Source: a virus
Lineage: Duplodnaviria; Caudoviricetes
Virus record (IMG/VR): IMGVR_UViG_3300032219_001435
Span: 1-32,241 of that record
Direction: 5' to 3' (one strand)
DNA length: 32,241 nucleotides
The stretch's first letter is position 1. Each line of letters starts with the position of its first letter. The notes beneath the pieces are model-generated. The model ran no database searches, was not told the origin of the DNA, and saw only the letters and a program-made list of their open reading frames with translations. This document shows positions 1 through 7,919 of the stretch, piece after piece. A program made the position numbers and the translations under genes.

Positions 1-357
1 CGTTCGTTTTACGTAGTGGCCGAGGACGCCGCCGGTCGTCGTTATGCTCACGATCATTCTTTTCTGGATCACGTTCAGCGTTACGACGAAGAAGATGGTG
101 GTCATTTTTGGGGTCGCCGTTGGGACGGTGACGCCGAGCGTGAGGCTGCTGCTCTTCTGGCTCGTATCGAAGCTCACGTTGCTGCCGGCGGCGCTCTTAA
201 CGAAGCTCATTGGTACGAGGTCGATCCGGGTTACGGTTCCGCCGCTTATCAGGAGCTGGACGCCGTCGGTTATTTTGCGGCTCGTGAGCGTCACGAGGCT
301 CGTCAGGCCGGCGAAGCGGTTCCTTTCGATCAGGTCTACGATTATCATTTCGCTTGA
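1..357 (+). CDS. Hypothetical phage protein, 5'-partial (frame is open from position 1)
   Basis: Frame 1 has no stop from base 1 (RSFYVVAEDAAGRRYAH...) to TGA at 355-357. Codons are strongly T-ending (CGT, GCT, GTT). The stop is followed by the purine-rich RBS of the helicase. Confidence 0.7.
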   Translation, partial: RSFYVVAEDAAGRRYAHDHSFLDHVQRYDEEDGGHFWGRRWDGDAEREAAALLARIEAHVAAGGALNEAHWYEVDPGYGSAAYQELDAVGYFAARERHEARQAGEAVPFDQVYDYHFA

Positions 358-368
358 GAGGGAGGCAC

Positions 369-1727
369 GTGACCTTCAAGCCCCACGACTACCAGAGGGA
401 GGCCCTCGCGCACCTGTACAAGGAGCGCAGGGCCGCCCTGTGGATGCCCATGGGCGGCGGCAAGACCGTCACCACCCTGACGGCGCTGGAGGCGCTCTCC
501 GTGGTCGAGGACGTGTACCCGGTGCTGGTGCTGGCACCGCTGCGCGTCGCGCGCTCCACGTGGCCGGACGAGGTCAAGAAGTGGCCGCACCTGTCGCACC
601 TGCGCGTCAGCGTCATCACCGGCACGCCGAAGCAGCGTCAGGCGGCGCTGGACACGCCGGCCGACATCTACACGACCAACTACGACAACCTCGTCTGGCT
701 GCGCGAGACGCTCGGCGACGCGTGGCCGTTCATTACCGTGGTCGCCGACGAGTTCACCCGGCTGAAGTCCTTCAGGCTGCGTCAGGGCGGATCACGGGCG
801 CGTGCGCTGGGTCAGGTGGCCCACACACACGTCACGCGCTTCATCGGCTTGACAGGCACCCCTGCGCCCAATAGCATAGTCGATCTGTGGGGTCAGTCGT
901 GGTTTTTGGACAAGGGCGAGCGGTTGGGACGCACGTTCAGCGCCTTCAGCGAGCGCTGGTTCCGCAAGGGCTACGACGGCTACAGCCTCGTGCCCTACGA
1001 CCACACGCAGGAGGAGGTGCAGGAGCGGCTCAAGGACATCTGCCTGACCGTGCGTGGCCTGCCCGTCGATGAGCCCATCACCAGCCCGATCTACATCGAC
1101 CTGCCCCCGGCGGCGCGCCGCGCGTATGACGAGATGGAGGAGGAGATGTACACGATCCTCAACAGCGAGGGCGTGGAGGCGGCCAACGCGGCGGTGCGGA
1201 CGCAAAAGTGCTTGCAGCTCGCCAACGGGGCGCTGTACACCGACGAGTACGGCAACTGGGAGGCGGTGCACGATGCCAAGCTGGAGGCGCTGGACAGCGT
1301 CATTGAGGAGGCTAACGGCGCGCCCGTCTTGGTGGCCTACAATTTCAAGCACGACTTGGCCCGGCTACGCAAGCGCTACCCTAAAGGCCGGGTGCTGGAC
1401 GCTGACCCTGATACGATCAAACAGTGGAACCGGGGGCAAATCGAACTACTTTTCGCTCACCCTGCATCGGCGGGCCACGGCCTGAACCTCGCGGACGGGG
1501 GCAACATCCTCGCCTTTTTCGGGGTCAACTGGAACCTCGAGGAGCACATGCAGATCATCGAGCGCATCGGCCCGATGCGGCAGGCGCAGGCCGGCTACGA
1601 TCGGCCGGTGTTTGTCTACCCGATCCTCGCCCGCGACACGGTGGATGACCTCGTCATGGATCGTCTCACGTCGAAGAAGAGCACGCAGGAGATCCTGCTG
1701 GAAGCAATGAAGCGGAGGAAGAAATGA
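369..1727 (+). CDS. SNF2-family (SF2) DNA helicase
   Basis: Q motif (PHDYQ), Walker A MPMGGGKT, VLVLAP, Walker B VVADEF, motif III GLTGTP, motif V SAGHGLNL and motif VI QIIERIG. The likely start is GTG at 369 behind GAGAGGGAGG; the ORF track start at 354 is a TTG. Confidence 0.92.
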   Translation: MTFKPHDYQREALAHLYKERRAALWMPMGGGKTVTTLTALEALSVVEDVYPVLVLAPLRVARSTWPDEVKKWPHLSHLRVSVITGTPKQRQAALDTPADIYTTNYDNLVWLRETLGDAWPFITVVADEFTRLKSFRLRQGGSRARALGQVAHTHVTRFIGLTGTPAPNSIVDLWGQSWFLDKGERLGRTFSAFSERWFRKGYDGYSLVPYDHTQEEVQERLKDICLTVRGLPVDEPITSPIYIDLPPAARRAYDEMEEEMYTILNSEGVEAANAAVRTQKCLQLANGALYTDEYGNWEAVHDAKLEALDSVIEEANGAPVLVAYNFKHDLARLRKRYPKGRVLDADPDTIKQWNRGQIELLFAHPASAGHGLNLADGGNILAFFGVNWNLEEHMQIIERIGPMRQAQAGYDRPVFVYPILARDTVDDLVMDRLTSKKSTQEILLEAMKRRKK

Positions 1728-2065
1728 GCTACACCTGTTCGGTATGCAACAAAGAGCACGACAAGATTTCGGGGGTCATGGCCTGCGTCCATTCGCATGA
1801 GCCGGCCAAGCTGACCGGCGGTAGCACCGACTACTACAAGGTGCGCGTCGATCGGCCCACGTCCGGCGGCGAGCCGTACACGGCCGAGTGCAACGACATC
1901 ATCGAGGCGCTGAACATGGAGTACGACGTGGCCAACGCCTTCAAGGCGGCGTGGCGCGTGGCGGCGCTGCGGCAGGGCCGGGGCAAGCCGGGTCAGGACA
2001 GCGCGGTCTACGACGGCGAGAAGATCGTCTTCTTCGGCCAGCGGATCATTGAGAGGAGCAAGTGA
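1724..2065 (+). CDS. Small phage protein: N-terminal Cys/His zinc-finger-like segment plus DUF3310-like domain
   Basis: ATGA overlap with the helicase stop. CSVCNKEH...CVHSH at the N-terminus. GGSTDYY...ECNDIIEALNM...ANAFKAAWR...EKIVFF resembles DUF3310-type phage proteins (motif recall). Confidence 0.7.
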   Translation: MSYTCSVCNKEHDKISGVMACVHSHEPAKLTGGSTDYYKVRVDRPTSGGEPYTAECNDIIEALNMEYDVANAFKAAWRVAALRQGRGKPGQDSAVYDGEKIVFFGQRIIERSK

Positions 2066-2301
2066 TGGAAACTAAATACATGCCGCTGATCAGCCCGAAG
2101 CGTACGAGCATAGCCATGTCCGAAGCGCTGTACGGCTTCCAGTTGTACTGTTCTGCGCGGGGCATATCCTCCGCTACCGAGCAAGAGGTTCGCGACTACA
2201 TCACGCGTAGCTACGGGCCAGAACTGGCTGCCAAGTTCAAGGCGGAGTATCTAGTCCCTTGGCCTTCAGATCCTCAAGGAACCGAAGCACTTTGTCGGTG
2301 A
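2062..2301 (+). CDS. Hypothetical protein (79 aa), last gene of the + strand block
   Basis: GTGA overlap with the upstream stop and a GAGAGGAG RBS upstream. Its 3' end overlaps the convergent gene. Confidence 0.5.
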   Translation: MMETKYMPLISPKRTSIAMSEALYGFQLYCSARGISSATEQEVRDYITRSYGPELAAKFKAEYLVPWPSDPQGTEALCR

Positions 2302-3469
2302 CTATCAGGCTTTGCGGCTTCATCTGAAAAGCGCGCAGCGGCGAGGACGTGCCGGGCTTCACGCCCACGGGAAAGTCAAAAGGTGTGTCGTAGCCATACC
2401 GCGCCATACGCTCGGGGAAGAGCGACAGCGCGCCTATCCCGGTCTCCTCAAGGACTGAACGGCCCTCGCCGGGGACACCGGAACGATACGACGGGTGCTT
2501 GCTGTCCGACACGCCGAACCTCGTATCAATTTCGCCGAGGTTCCGCAGCGAAAGCAACGGTGCGCCGATTTGCTCAAGGTCGGTTGTCCCGTAAACCGCT
2601 TCGCCTGTGCCGAGGCCGCCGCGCTCGCGGTACTTGTCCAACAGTTTGTTCAACTGGCCGCGCGCTTTGCCTCTGGCGCGCATGAACGTCTGGTAGCCCT
2701 CGGGGTCTTCAAACCCCCGCCAGTCGGGCAAAACAGCCTTGATGTCGCTCGCCAGCGCGGCTTTCTCCGGCGCGTCGAGAGCTGCGTCGGCATAGGCGTA
2801 CTGCAGGCCGCGCGGCTGATGCGAGAACATGGACGACAACGGCCCCATAGACCACGGCGCGAAGAGCGCGGGCTTGCCGGTCTCGCGCTCGATCTGACGT
2901 GCCAGAGCTAGGTGAGCTTCTGCGTTCGCCTTGTCCGCCGCCCACACCTCGCCGGGGTTCTCAAACATGAAGCCTTGGCCGCCCTGCCTTGAGAACGGGC
3001 GGTTGAGGCGCACGTCGTTTACGGCGAGGATATCGTCGCCCGCAGCCGATAGATCCGACATAGACGTAAGAATGCCGCGACCCTCTAGATCATAGATGCT
3101 TTCGACTGGGGGCTTCTCAATAGCGCGGGGCTGGACAGTGAGTTCAAGATCGCGGATCTTTTGCTGCTCTTTTTTCCGCTTCTCGATGCGCGGATCGGTC
3201 GCCACCTGCGCCGGCTTTACGGTGTAAGCCGATGGGCGCGGCGGCGCGGCGTTGGGCTTGCCCGCGTCCATGAACTTATCGGCCATCGCCTGCCACTCAG
3301 CCAGTGGCGCGTCGCGGTCAACGTACCCGGCTACACGGCGCGCCATCTCTGGGCCGTACTCGCGGTCGATCAAAGTCGCCGGGTTTATCGGTGCCGCTAC
3401 CCGTGCCGCAGCCTTTTTGGTCGCGGCCTTCTTGACCCCTTTCACCGCCAGCTTGCTGACAATGCCCAT
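2237..3469 (-). CDS. Hypothetical protein (410 aa), putative virion-packaged cargo; last gene of the late block
   Basis: Long ORF with TAATG coupling to the upstream gene. N-terminus MGIVSKLAVK is nearly identical to that of the neighbouring gene. No domain recognised. Confidence 0.8.
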   Translation of the reverse strand: MGIVSKLAVKGVKKAATKKAAARVAAPINPATLIDREYGPEMARRVAGYVDRDAPLAEWQAMADKFMDAGKPNAAPPRPSAYTVKPAQVATDPRIEKRKKEQQKIRDLELTVQPRAIEKPPVESIYDLEGRGILTSMSDLSAAGDDILAVNDVRLNRPFSRQGGQGFMFENPGEVWAADKANAEAHLALARQIERETGKPALFAPWSMGPLSSMFSHQPRGLQYAYADAALDAPEKAALASDIKAVLPDWRGFEDPEGYQTFMRARGKARGQLNKLLDKYRERGGLGTGEAVYGTTDLEQIGAPLLSLRNLGEIDTRFGVSDSKHPSYRSGVPGEGRSVLEETGIGALSLFPERMARYGYDTPFDFPVGVKPGTSSPLRAFQMKPQSLIVTDKVLRFLEDLKAKGLDTPP

Positions 3470-3507
3470 TACGCCTTCCTCTTCACGGCGAGACCGCCAC
3501 GGGCCTT
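3441..3507. repeat. Gene-junction direct repeat, copy 1
   Basis: 3441-3469 matches 4529-4557 at 26/29 nt. 3481-3507 matches 4578-4604 at 24/27 nt. Confidence 0.85.
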
Positions 3508-4557
3508 ACGGATGTCCGGGTCGTCAGGGTCGTATGTGCCACGGTTGCCGATGGCGGATTTGATCTGGGTCGGTTCAAACACGATGTAGCTGTCCGCAAT
3601 GCCCGGAACCTCGCGGCGCAGCTCACTGTCGGGCAAAGATCCGCCCCGCAGACGCTCTAAAGCGTTGGTTTTAGCAAGCTGCTCCTCGGTCATTTCACCG
3701 CGATTAAGATACACAATGCTGTCATGCCCGAGGGATTTTGCCTTCTTAATTTGCTCGCGCCAACTTTCATCTAGCTCGTCGGCAAACCGCATGGGATTTT
3801 TAACGCTCAGGTAAACGGGAGCGACTTGTGGAGCTTCGAAAGCCTTAGACGGGTGATAGTAGCGGTTACGATCGGCGTCCTCTAAACTTGAAAGAGCCCG
3901 CACACGCTCATTTGCTTGCAACGCGGTTCCAAAATGACTTCCGAACCTGAACTCTTGTATGCCGCCGGGGGCCAATGTTCCGTGGAAGAGACGCATGGGC
4001 TCACCGTACTCGTCAACCGCTTGGCTGCCTTCAAAGAAGCGTCTGAAGTTCGGATCGAGTGACAGCTCGGACGCCGGCATGTACTTTTCGAGGAGGCTGG
4101 GCATCATCGGCCCTTCAACGCCCTCGCCCCCGGCAAAGTAGCGCACCTCCGCCGGGATGCGGTCGATACCCAGATCGCGCGCCACGGCGGCGCGGGTGTT
4201 GCCCTCAATGATGTACGGCTCGCCCCGGTGGTTGATGCCCACGAGGATCGGGCTGTCCTTGTACAGGCCCTCTGCCTCAACCAAGGGGCGCAGGTTGTCG
4301 TACTGCGGATCGCCGGGCACGCGTCGCTCACCGGACGCGCCGGGGATCACGGCCAGCTTCTGCGGGTCGAGTTCGATCGGCCGCTTGAGATACCCGGTTA
4401 CGGCACCGCTGACCGGCCTCCGGCTTTCCTCGGCGCGGCGGCGCTGGCTCGCCAGCCACTCACCGCCGGGATTGTCGGTGCGGACGATCGGCTTCTGACG
4501 GGCGCGCGGCGCAGCCTTGGTCGCCGCCTTCACCGCCAGTTTGCTCAGAATGCCCAT
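3469..4557 (-). CDS. ParB/Srx-like domain fused to an ADP-ribosyltransferase-like domain (ART-PolyVal type)
   Basis: N-half: PILVGINHRGEPYIIEGNTRAAVARDLGIDRIPAEV (ParB-like IxxG(H/N)xRxxA motif). C-half: VDEYGEPMRLFHGT, GSHFGT, PVYLSVKNP, GHDSIVY, YIVFEPTQIKSAIGNRGTYDP, the motif series of ART domains in phage/plasmid polyvalent proteins. Confidence 0.8.
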   Translation of the reverse strand: MGILSKLAVKAATKAAPRARQKPIVRTDNPGGEWLASQRRRAEESRRPVSGAVTGYLKRPIELDPQKLAVIPGASGERRVPGDPQYDNLRPLVEAEGLYKDSPILVGINHRGEPYIIEGNTRAAVARDLGIDRIPAEVRYFAGGEGVEGPMMPSLLEKYMPASELSLDPNFRRFFEGSQAVDEYGEPMRLFHGTLAPGGIQEFRFGSHFGTALQANERVRALSSLEDADRNRYYHPSKAFEAPQVAPVYLSVKNPMRFADELDESWREQIKKAKSLGHDSIVYLNRGEMTEEQLAKTNALERLRGGSLPDSELRREVPGIADSYIVFEPTQIKSAIGNRGTYDPDDPDIRKARGGLAVKRKA

Positions 4558-4604
4558 GACGCTTAGCGCTTCCTCTTCTTCACAGCCAGACCGCCACGCG
4601 CCTT
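4529..4604. repeat. Gene-junction direct repeat, copy 2
   Basis: Matches 3441-3507. On the - strand it encodes KARGGLAVK, a stop, then MGILSKLAVK. Confidence 0.85.
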
Positions 4605-5075
4605 CGCGGCGCGGGGAACGGCCTTCACACCGCGCGAAAGCAGCGGGCCAGCCACGGGGATTGCCGACAGGCCGGAGACAACCGCCGCCTGTTCAAGCAT
4701 GCTCGCCAGCTCTTCGTCACCGGCCGCACGGGCGGCGCGTGCCTGCTCCCGCACATCAGCGAAATCGCGCATGCCAGAGAGCGGTGCGAGCAGAGCGTCC
4801 ATGGCGAAACCCGAGGGATCTTCGGCCACCGCGTCGTACATCATCCCGCCGAAGCTCCTGAGATCGCCGGGGATGGCAGAAGGGTTGTTGGCGCGGCTTG
4901 TCAGATACCGGCCGGCGGTGCCGAGCGCGTCGCCCACACCACGCCGCAGATACTCAGGGCTCTCAAGCATACGTTCAAGAGCGCTCATTTGCTTGGCGCG
5001 GCGCTTGTCTTCCGGGCTGCCGCCGCGCTGCAGGCGCTGCGGCATCACGGCGAAGGGGAAGTCGGTGGAGCGCAT
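4563..5075 (-). CDS. Hypothetical protein (170 aa), putative internal virion protein with a hydrophobic C-terminal segment
   Basis: TAATG coupling to the upstream gene. Contains AAVVSGLSAIPVAGPLL and ends in KARGGLAVKKRKR. Confidence 0.8.
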   Translation of the reverse strand: MRSTDFPFAVMPQRLQRGGSPEDKRRAKQMSALERMLESPEYLRRGVGDALGTAGRYLTSRANNPSAIPGDLRSFGGMMYDAVAEDPSGFAMDALLAPLSGMRDFADVREQARAARAAGDEELASMLEQAAVVSGLSAIPVAGPLLSRGVKAVPRAAKARGGLAVKKRKR

Positions 5076-7915
5076 TAGCGGGTGGCTCCCGTCTCGTACT
5101 CGATCATGGCTTGGCTCACCAACGGGATCATTTCCGCCGTTATAGCATCGGAGGGCGATAAACCCAACTGCCCGGCGACGTACTTCTTGTAGTTGCGGAT
5201 CTCGGCCGGCTTGTTGGCAGGGTCACCGCCAAGGTACGAGTCGATCAGGCTGGCCACAGTGCGCGCACCGCCGGTGAACTTGTTCTCGACGAGCTTGCGC
5301 TGCGCCGCGTCGCCAGCCTCGACGCTCTCAAACTGGGCGAAGCCGCCCTCGCCGGGGCCGACATAGCCGGGCTGTTTGCGTACCCATGGAAAGTCACGCA
5401 AGTTGCCTCGGTTCATGTTCCGATCGCCCAGCGAATTACCGAAAGGGACTTCGCCTGCTTCGGCTACCCCCGCCGGAACGGCCGCAAGTCCGGGGCTCTC
5501 ATCGGGCACTTCCATGCCCAACGCTTCATCCGCCTTCCGAACGGTCTCCCCAATGCTCTCCCCCTTAGCCGCGCCAATCGTTGGCTGCGGCGGCGCGTTG
5601 ATGCCCCGGTCTTCGACCAGAGACGGCGCGACGTTGCCCGTTACCGCCGCGACCTCACCCGTGGCCGTCTTACCGACCGCCAGAGCGCTCTGGGCGTAGC
5701 TCTTGGAGTTGCGGAGCATGCTCAGCACGTCACGCAGCTTGTCGGGCGTGTCGGCGCTCAGCGCCCGGCTCAGCTCCGTGTAGACCTTCTCGCCGAACTC
5801 ACGCTGCGGATTAAACTTGTTCACGAACTTGGCCAGCGCGATCATCTTGCCCTGCGGCCCGGCTGCGAGGAAGTTGATAGCCTCATCGATGTTGCCGCCT
5901 GCCATGATCTCGTCGAACTGGCGCACGGACTCGGCCAGCGGCACCGTCTGCGATCCGCCACGCGCGGTGGCGACGCGCTCGAACAACTGCCGCTCCTTCT
6001 CCAGAGCCTTGGACAGGAACTTGAACTCGGCCGGCGGCATAACTGCCTGCAGCTTGTCCAGCTTCCGCTCGTTGCGGACGATCTCGCGCGCGAAGTTCCG
6101 GCTCGTCGTTGTCGTTTGAAGAGGGGCAATGAGCCCTTCAAACACACCGTTCTTGAGTGCGTCGCGCTCGGCGTCGGAGCTTAGTTCCGACATGAACTTC
6201 CTGACCTGCGCGACCGGCACGGTCTTCCCAACGAGATCCCGCCCGTACTGGAGGGCGTCCCGCACCTCCATGTCACCGGCGAATTGCGCGCGGGCCGCCT
6301 TGTACTCAGCCGGCCCGATCATATCGAGGCGCTTGACGAAGTCGTTACGCAACTCCTTGAGGCCCTCCGCCTTAGTGCCTTCCCCGCCTTTATAGAGCGC
6401 GGTAATCTTGGCATCGAGCGAGCGCTTGATCATGTCCAGCGAGCGCAAGTCGGGCACCATCGTGCCGCTGGGCGTGAGGCCCACTAGGTTGCCCTGCGCG
6501 TCCAGCACAGGATCCATGAACTCTTTCATCGCGTATCGCGAGGGATCTTCACCGCGAAGGCGCGCCGCATCCATTTGATTGCGTGACACGTCAAGCGCGT
6601 CTTTGTAGGCAGATTTTATGTCAGGGTTCGACAGCACATCACGAATGGCCGGATCGCGGATCTCCGGCGCGGCGGCGTAGGCTGCGTCGTACCGAGTGTT
6701 GGCGTTATCGCGCAATGTCCGCGTGTAAAGCTCTTCCGCTTCACCGAAGTCTTTAGCGCCCGGAAACGCGCGCTCGATCTGGCTTTGGACGCGGCCGCTG
6801 ACAGCCTCCGGCTCTTGCGTCTTGACGAGCTTCGTGGCGAGTGTGCGCTCCCCCAGCGGCGCACGAGCCATGACGACTTTCGACAGGGCTGCCAGTTCCG
6901 GCGTGGCCATGCCCAGTGGCGTGGGTACGTCGTAGCGCCGCGCGAGGCTGGTCAAGCCGACGGCGCGCTCAGGCGATGTTGCCCCTTCCGTGGCGCGGTA
7001 GAGCATCTCAGCCGCACGGCGCTGCTCAGCCGACGGCAGATCCTGCCCACGCAGCCTCGCGACGAGGGGGATAGCGGCGCGACCGCCCAGTTCGGCTGCT
7101 TTGCCGAAAATGCCCCCGGCGACGGCACCTTCCGCGCCCTGTTCGAGCATCGACGGGATGATGTCGGACGGCGTGTCAGCCTCACCGGCACCGGAGATCA
7201 TGCCGCTGGCACCGCCCGTAAGCATGGCGCGGCCCAAGCCACTCGCCCCTTGGAAGGCTTTGCCCGCGATGCCGACGCCCGGAATGAACATCTGCGCCAC
7301 GCCGCCGCTCAGCTCTCCACTAAGTGCGAGGCCCGGATTGGCTTTGGCAAACGCGTTGTAGTCGGCGTTGATCTGATCCTTGATGCGGTAGTACTCGTCG
7401 CTGCTGATCTCGCCGGAAAGCAGCATGCGGGTGGCCGCCTCCGCCTCGTCTGCGAAGTTAGACAGGAGCCCCTTGCCGAACGCGCGGGCCATCTGCATGC
7501 CTTCACCGGCGCGCGGCACGGTCGTGACGATGTCCTCCGGCTTGGGAGCCGGCGTGGGGGGAGCTTCGGGGGCCATGTCGCGCAGGCGCGGGTTGAGCGT
7601 GCCGTACTTTTTATAGAACTCTTCGATCTCGGGAATGTTGCTGGGAGCGCCGCCGAGGTACTTTTCCCCGAGCTGCGTCAGTCTGCCGGGGTCGAGCGGT
7701 GCGCCCTTCAGCCCTTTGTAGTACTCGCCGAGTTCAGTCTCGAACGCCTTGCGGCCGTCAACTGCAGCCTTCGCGCCGCCATCGATTTCGACCACGTCTG
7801 CGCCGCCCTCTTTCTGGGCGCGCTGAGTGATCTGATCCGGCGTCACGTCGTCAGGCACGCCGTTGTACTGGAGCACCTCGCCGTTGCTCAGCGTCACCTT
7901 CACGTCTCTCGGCAT
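5075..7915 (-). CDS. Large internal virion/DNA ejection protein with a C-terminal lysozyme-like (RNNNPGN-type) domain
   Basis: 946 aa. Gly/Ala-rich membrane-active segment at about aa 190-280, then a long helical region. The C-terminus RNMNRGNLR...GFAQFESVEAG...TVASLIDSY...AMIEYETG resembles RNNNPGNLR virion muramidase-like domains. Its position after the nozzle and other ejection genes fits. Confidence 0.7.
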   Translation of the reverse strand: MPRDVKVTLSNGEVLQYNGVPDDVTPDQITQRAQKEGGADVVEIDGGAKAAVDGRKAFETELGEYYKGLKGAPLDPGRLTQLGEKYLGGAPSNIPEIEEFYKKYGTLNPRLRDMAPEAPPTPAPKPEDIVTTVPRAGEGMQMARAFGKGLLSNFADEAEAATRMLLSGEISSDEYYRIKDQINADYNAFAKANPGLALSGELSGGVAQMFIPGVGIAGKAFQGASGLGRAMLTGGASGMISGAGEADTPSDIIPSMLEQGAEGAVAGGIFGKAAELGGRAAIPLVARLRGQDLPSAEQRRAAEMLYRATEGATSPERAVGLTSLARRYDVPTPLGMATPELAALSKVVMARAPLGERTLATKLVKTQEPEAVSGRVQSQIERAFPGAKDFGEAEELYTRTLRDNANTRYDAAYAAAPEIRDPAIRDVLSNPDIKSAYKDALDVSRNQMDAARLRGEDPSRYAMKEFMDPVLDAQGNLVGLTPSGTMVPDLRSLDMIKRSLDAKITALYKGGEGTKAEGLKELRNDFVKRLDMIGPAEYKAARAQFAGDMEVRDALQYGRDLVGKTVPVAQVRKFMSELSSDAERDALKNGVFEGLIAPLQTTTTSRNFAREIVRNERKLDKLQAVMPPAEFKFLSKALEKERQLFERVATARGGSQTVPLAESVRQFDEIMAGGNIDEAINFLAAGPQGKMIALAKFVNKFNPQREFGEKVYTELSRALSADTPDKLRDVLSMLRNSKSYAQSALAVGKTATGEVAAVTGNVAPSLVEDRGINAPPQPTIGAAKGESIGETVRKADEALGMEVPDESPGLAAVPAGVAEAGEVPFGNSLGDRNMNRGNLRDFPWVRKQPGYVGPGEGGFAQFESVEAGDAAQRKLVENKFTGGARTVASLIDSYLGGDPANKPAEIRNYKKYVAGQLGLSPSDAITAEMIPLVSQAMIEYETGATR

Positions 7916-7919
7916 GGGC

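Noticed and set aside
44-874. 276-aa + strand ORF with a hydrophobic-looking N-terminus
   Set aside because: It is an alternative frame overlapping the first gene and the helicase; the hydrophobicity derives from the T-rich third positions of the real gene.
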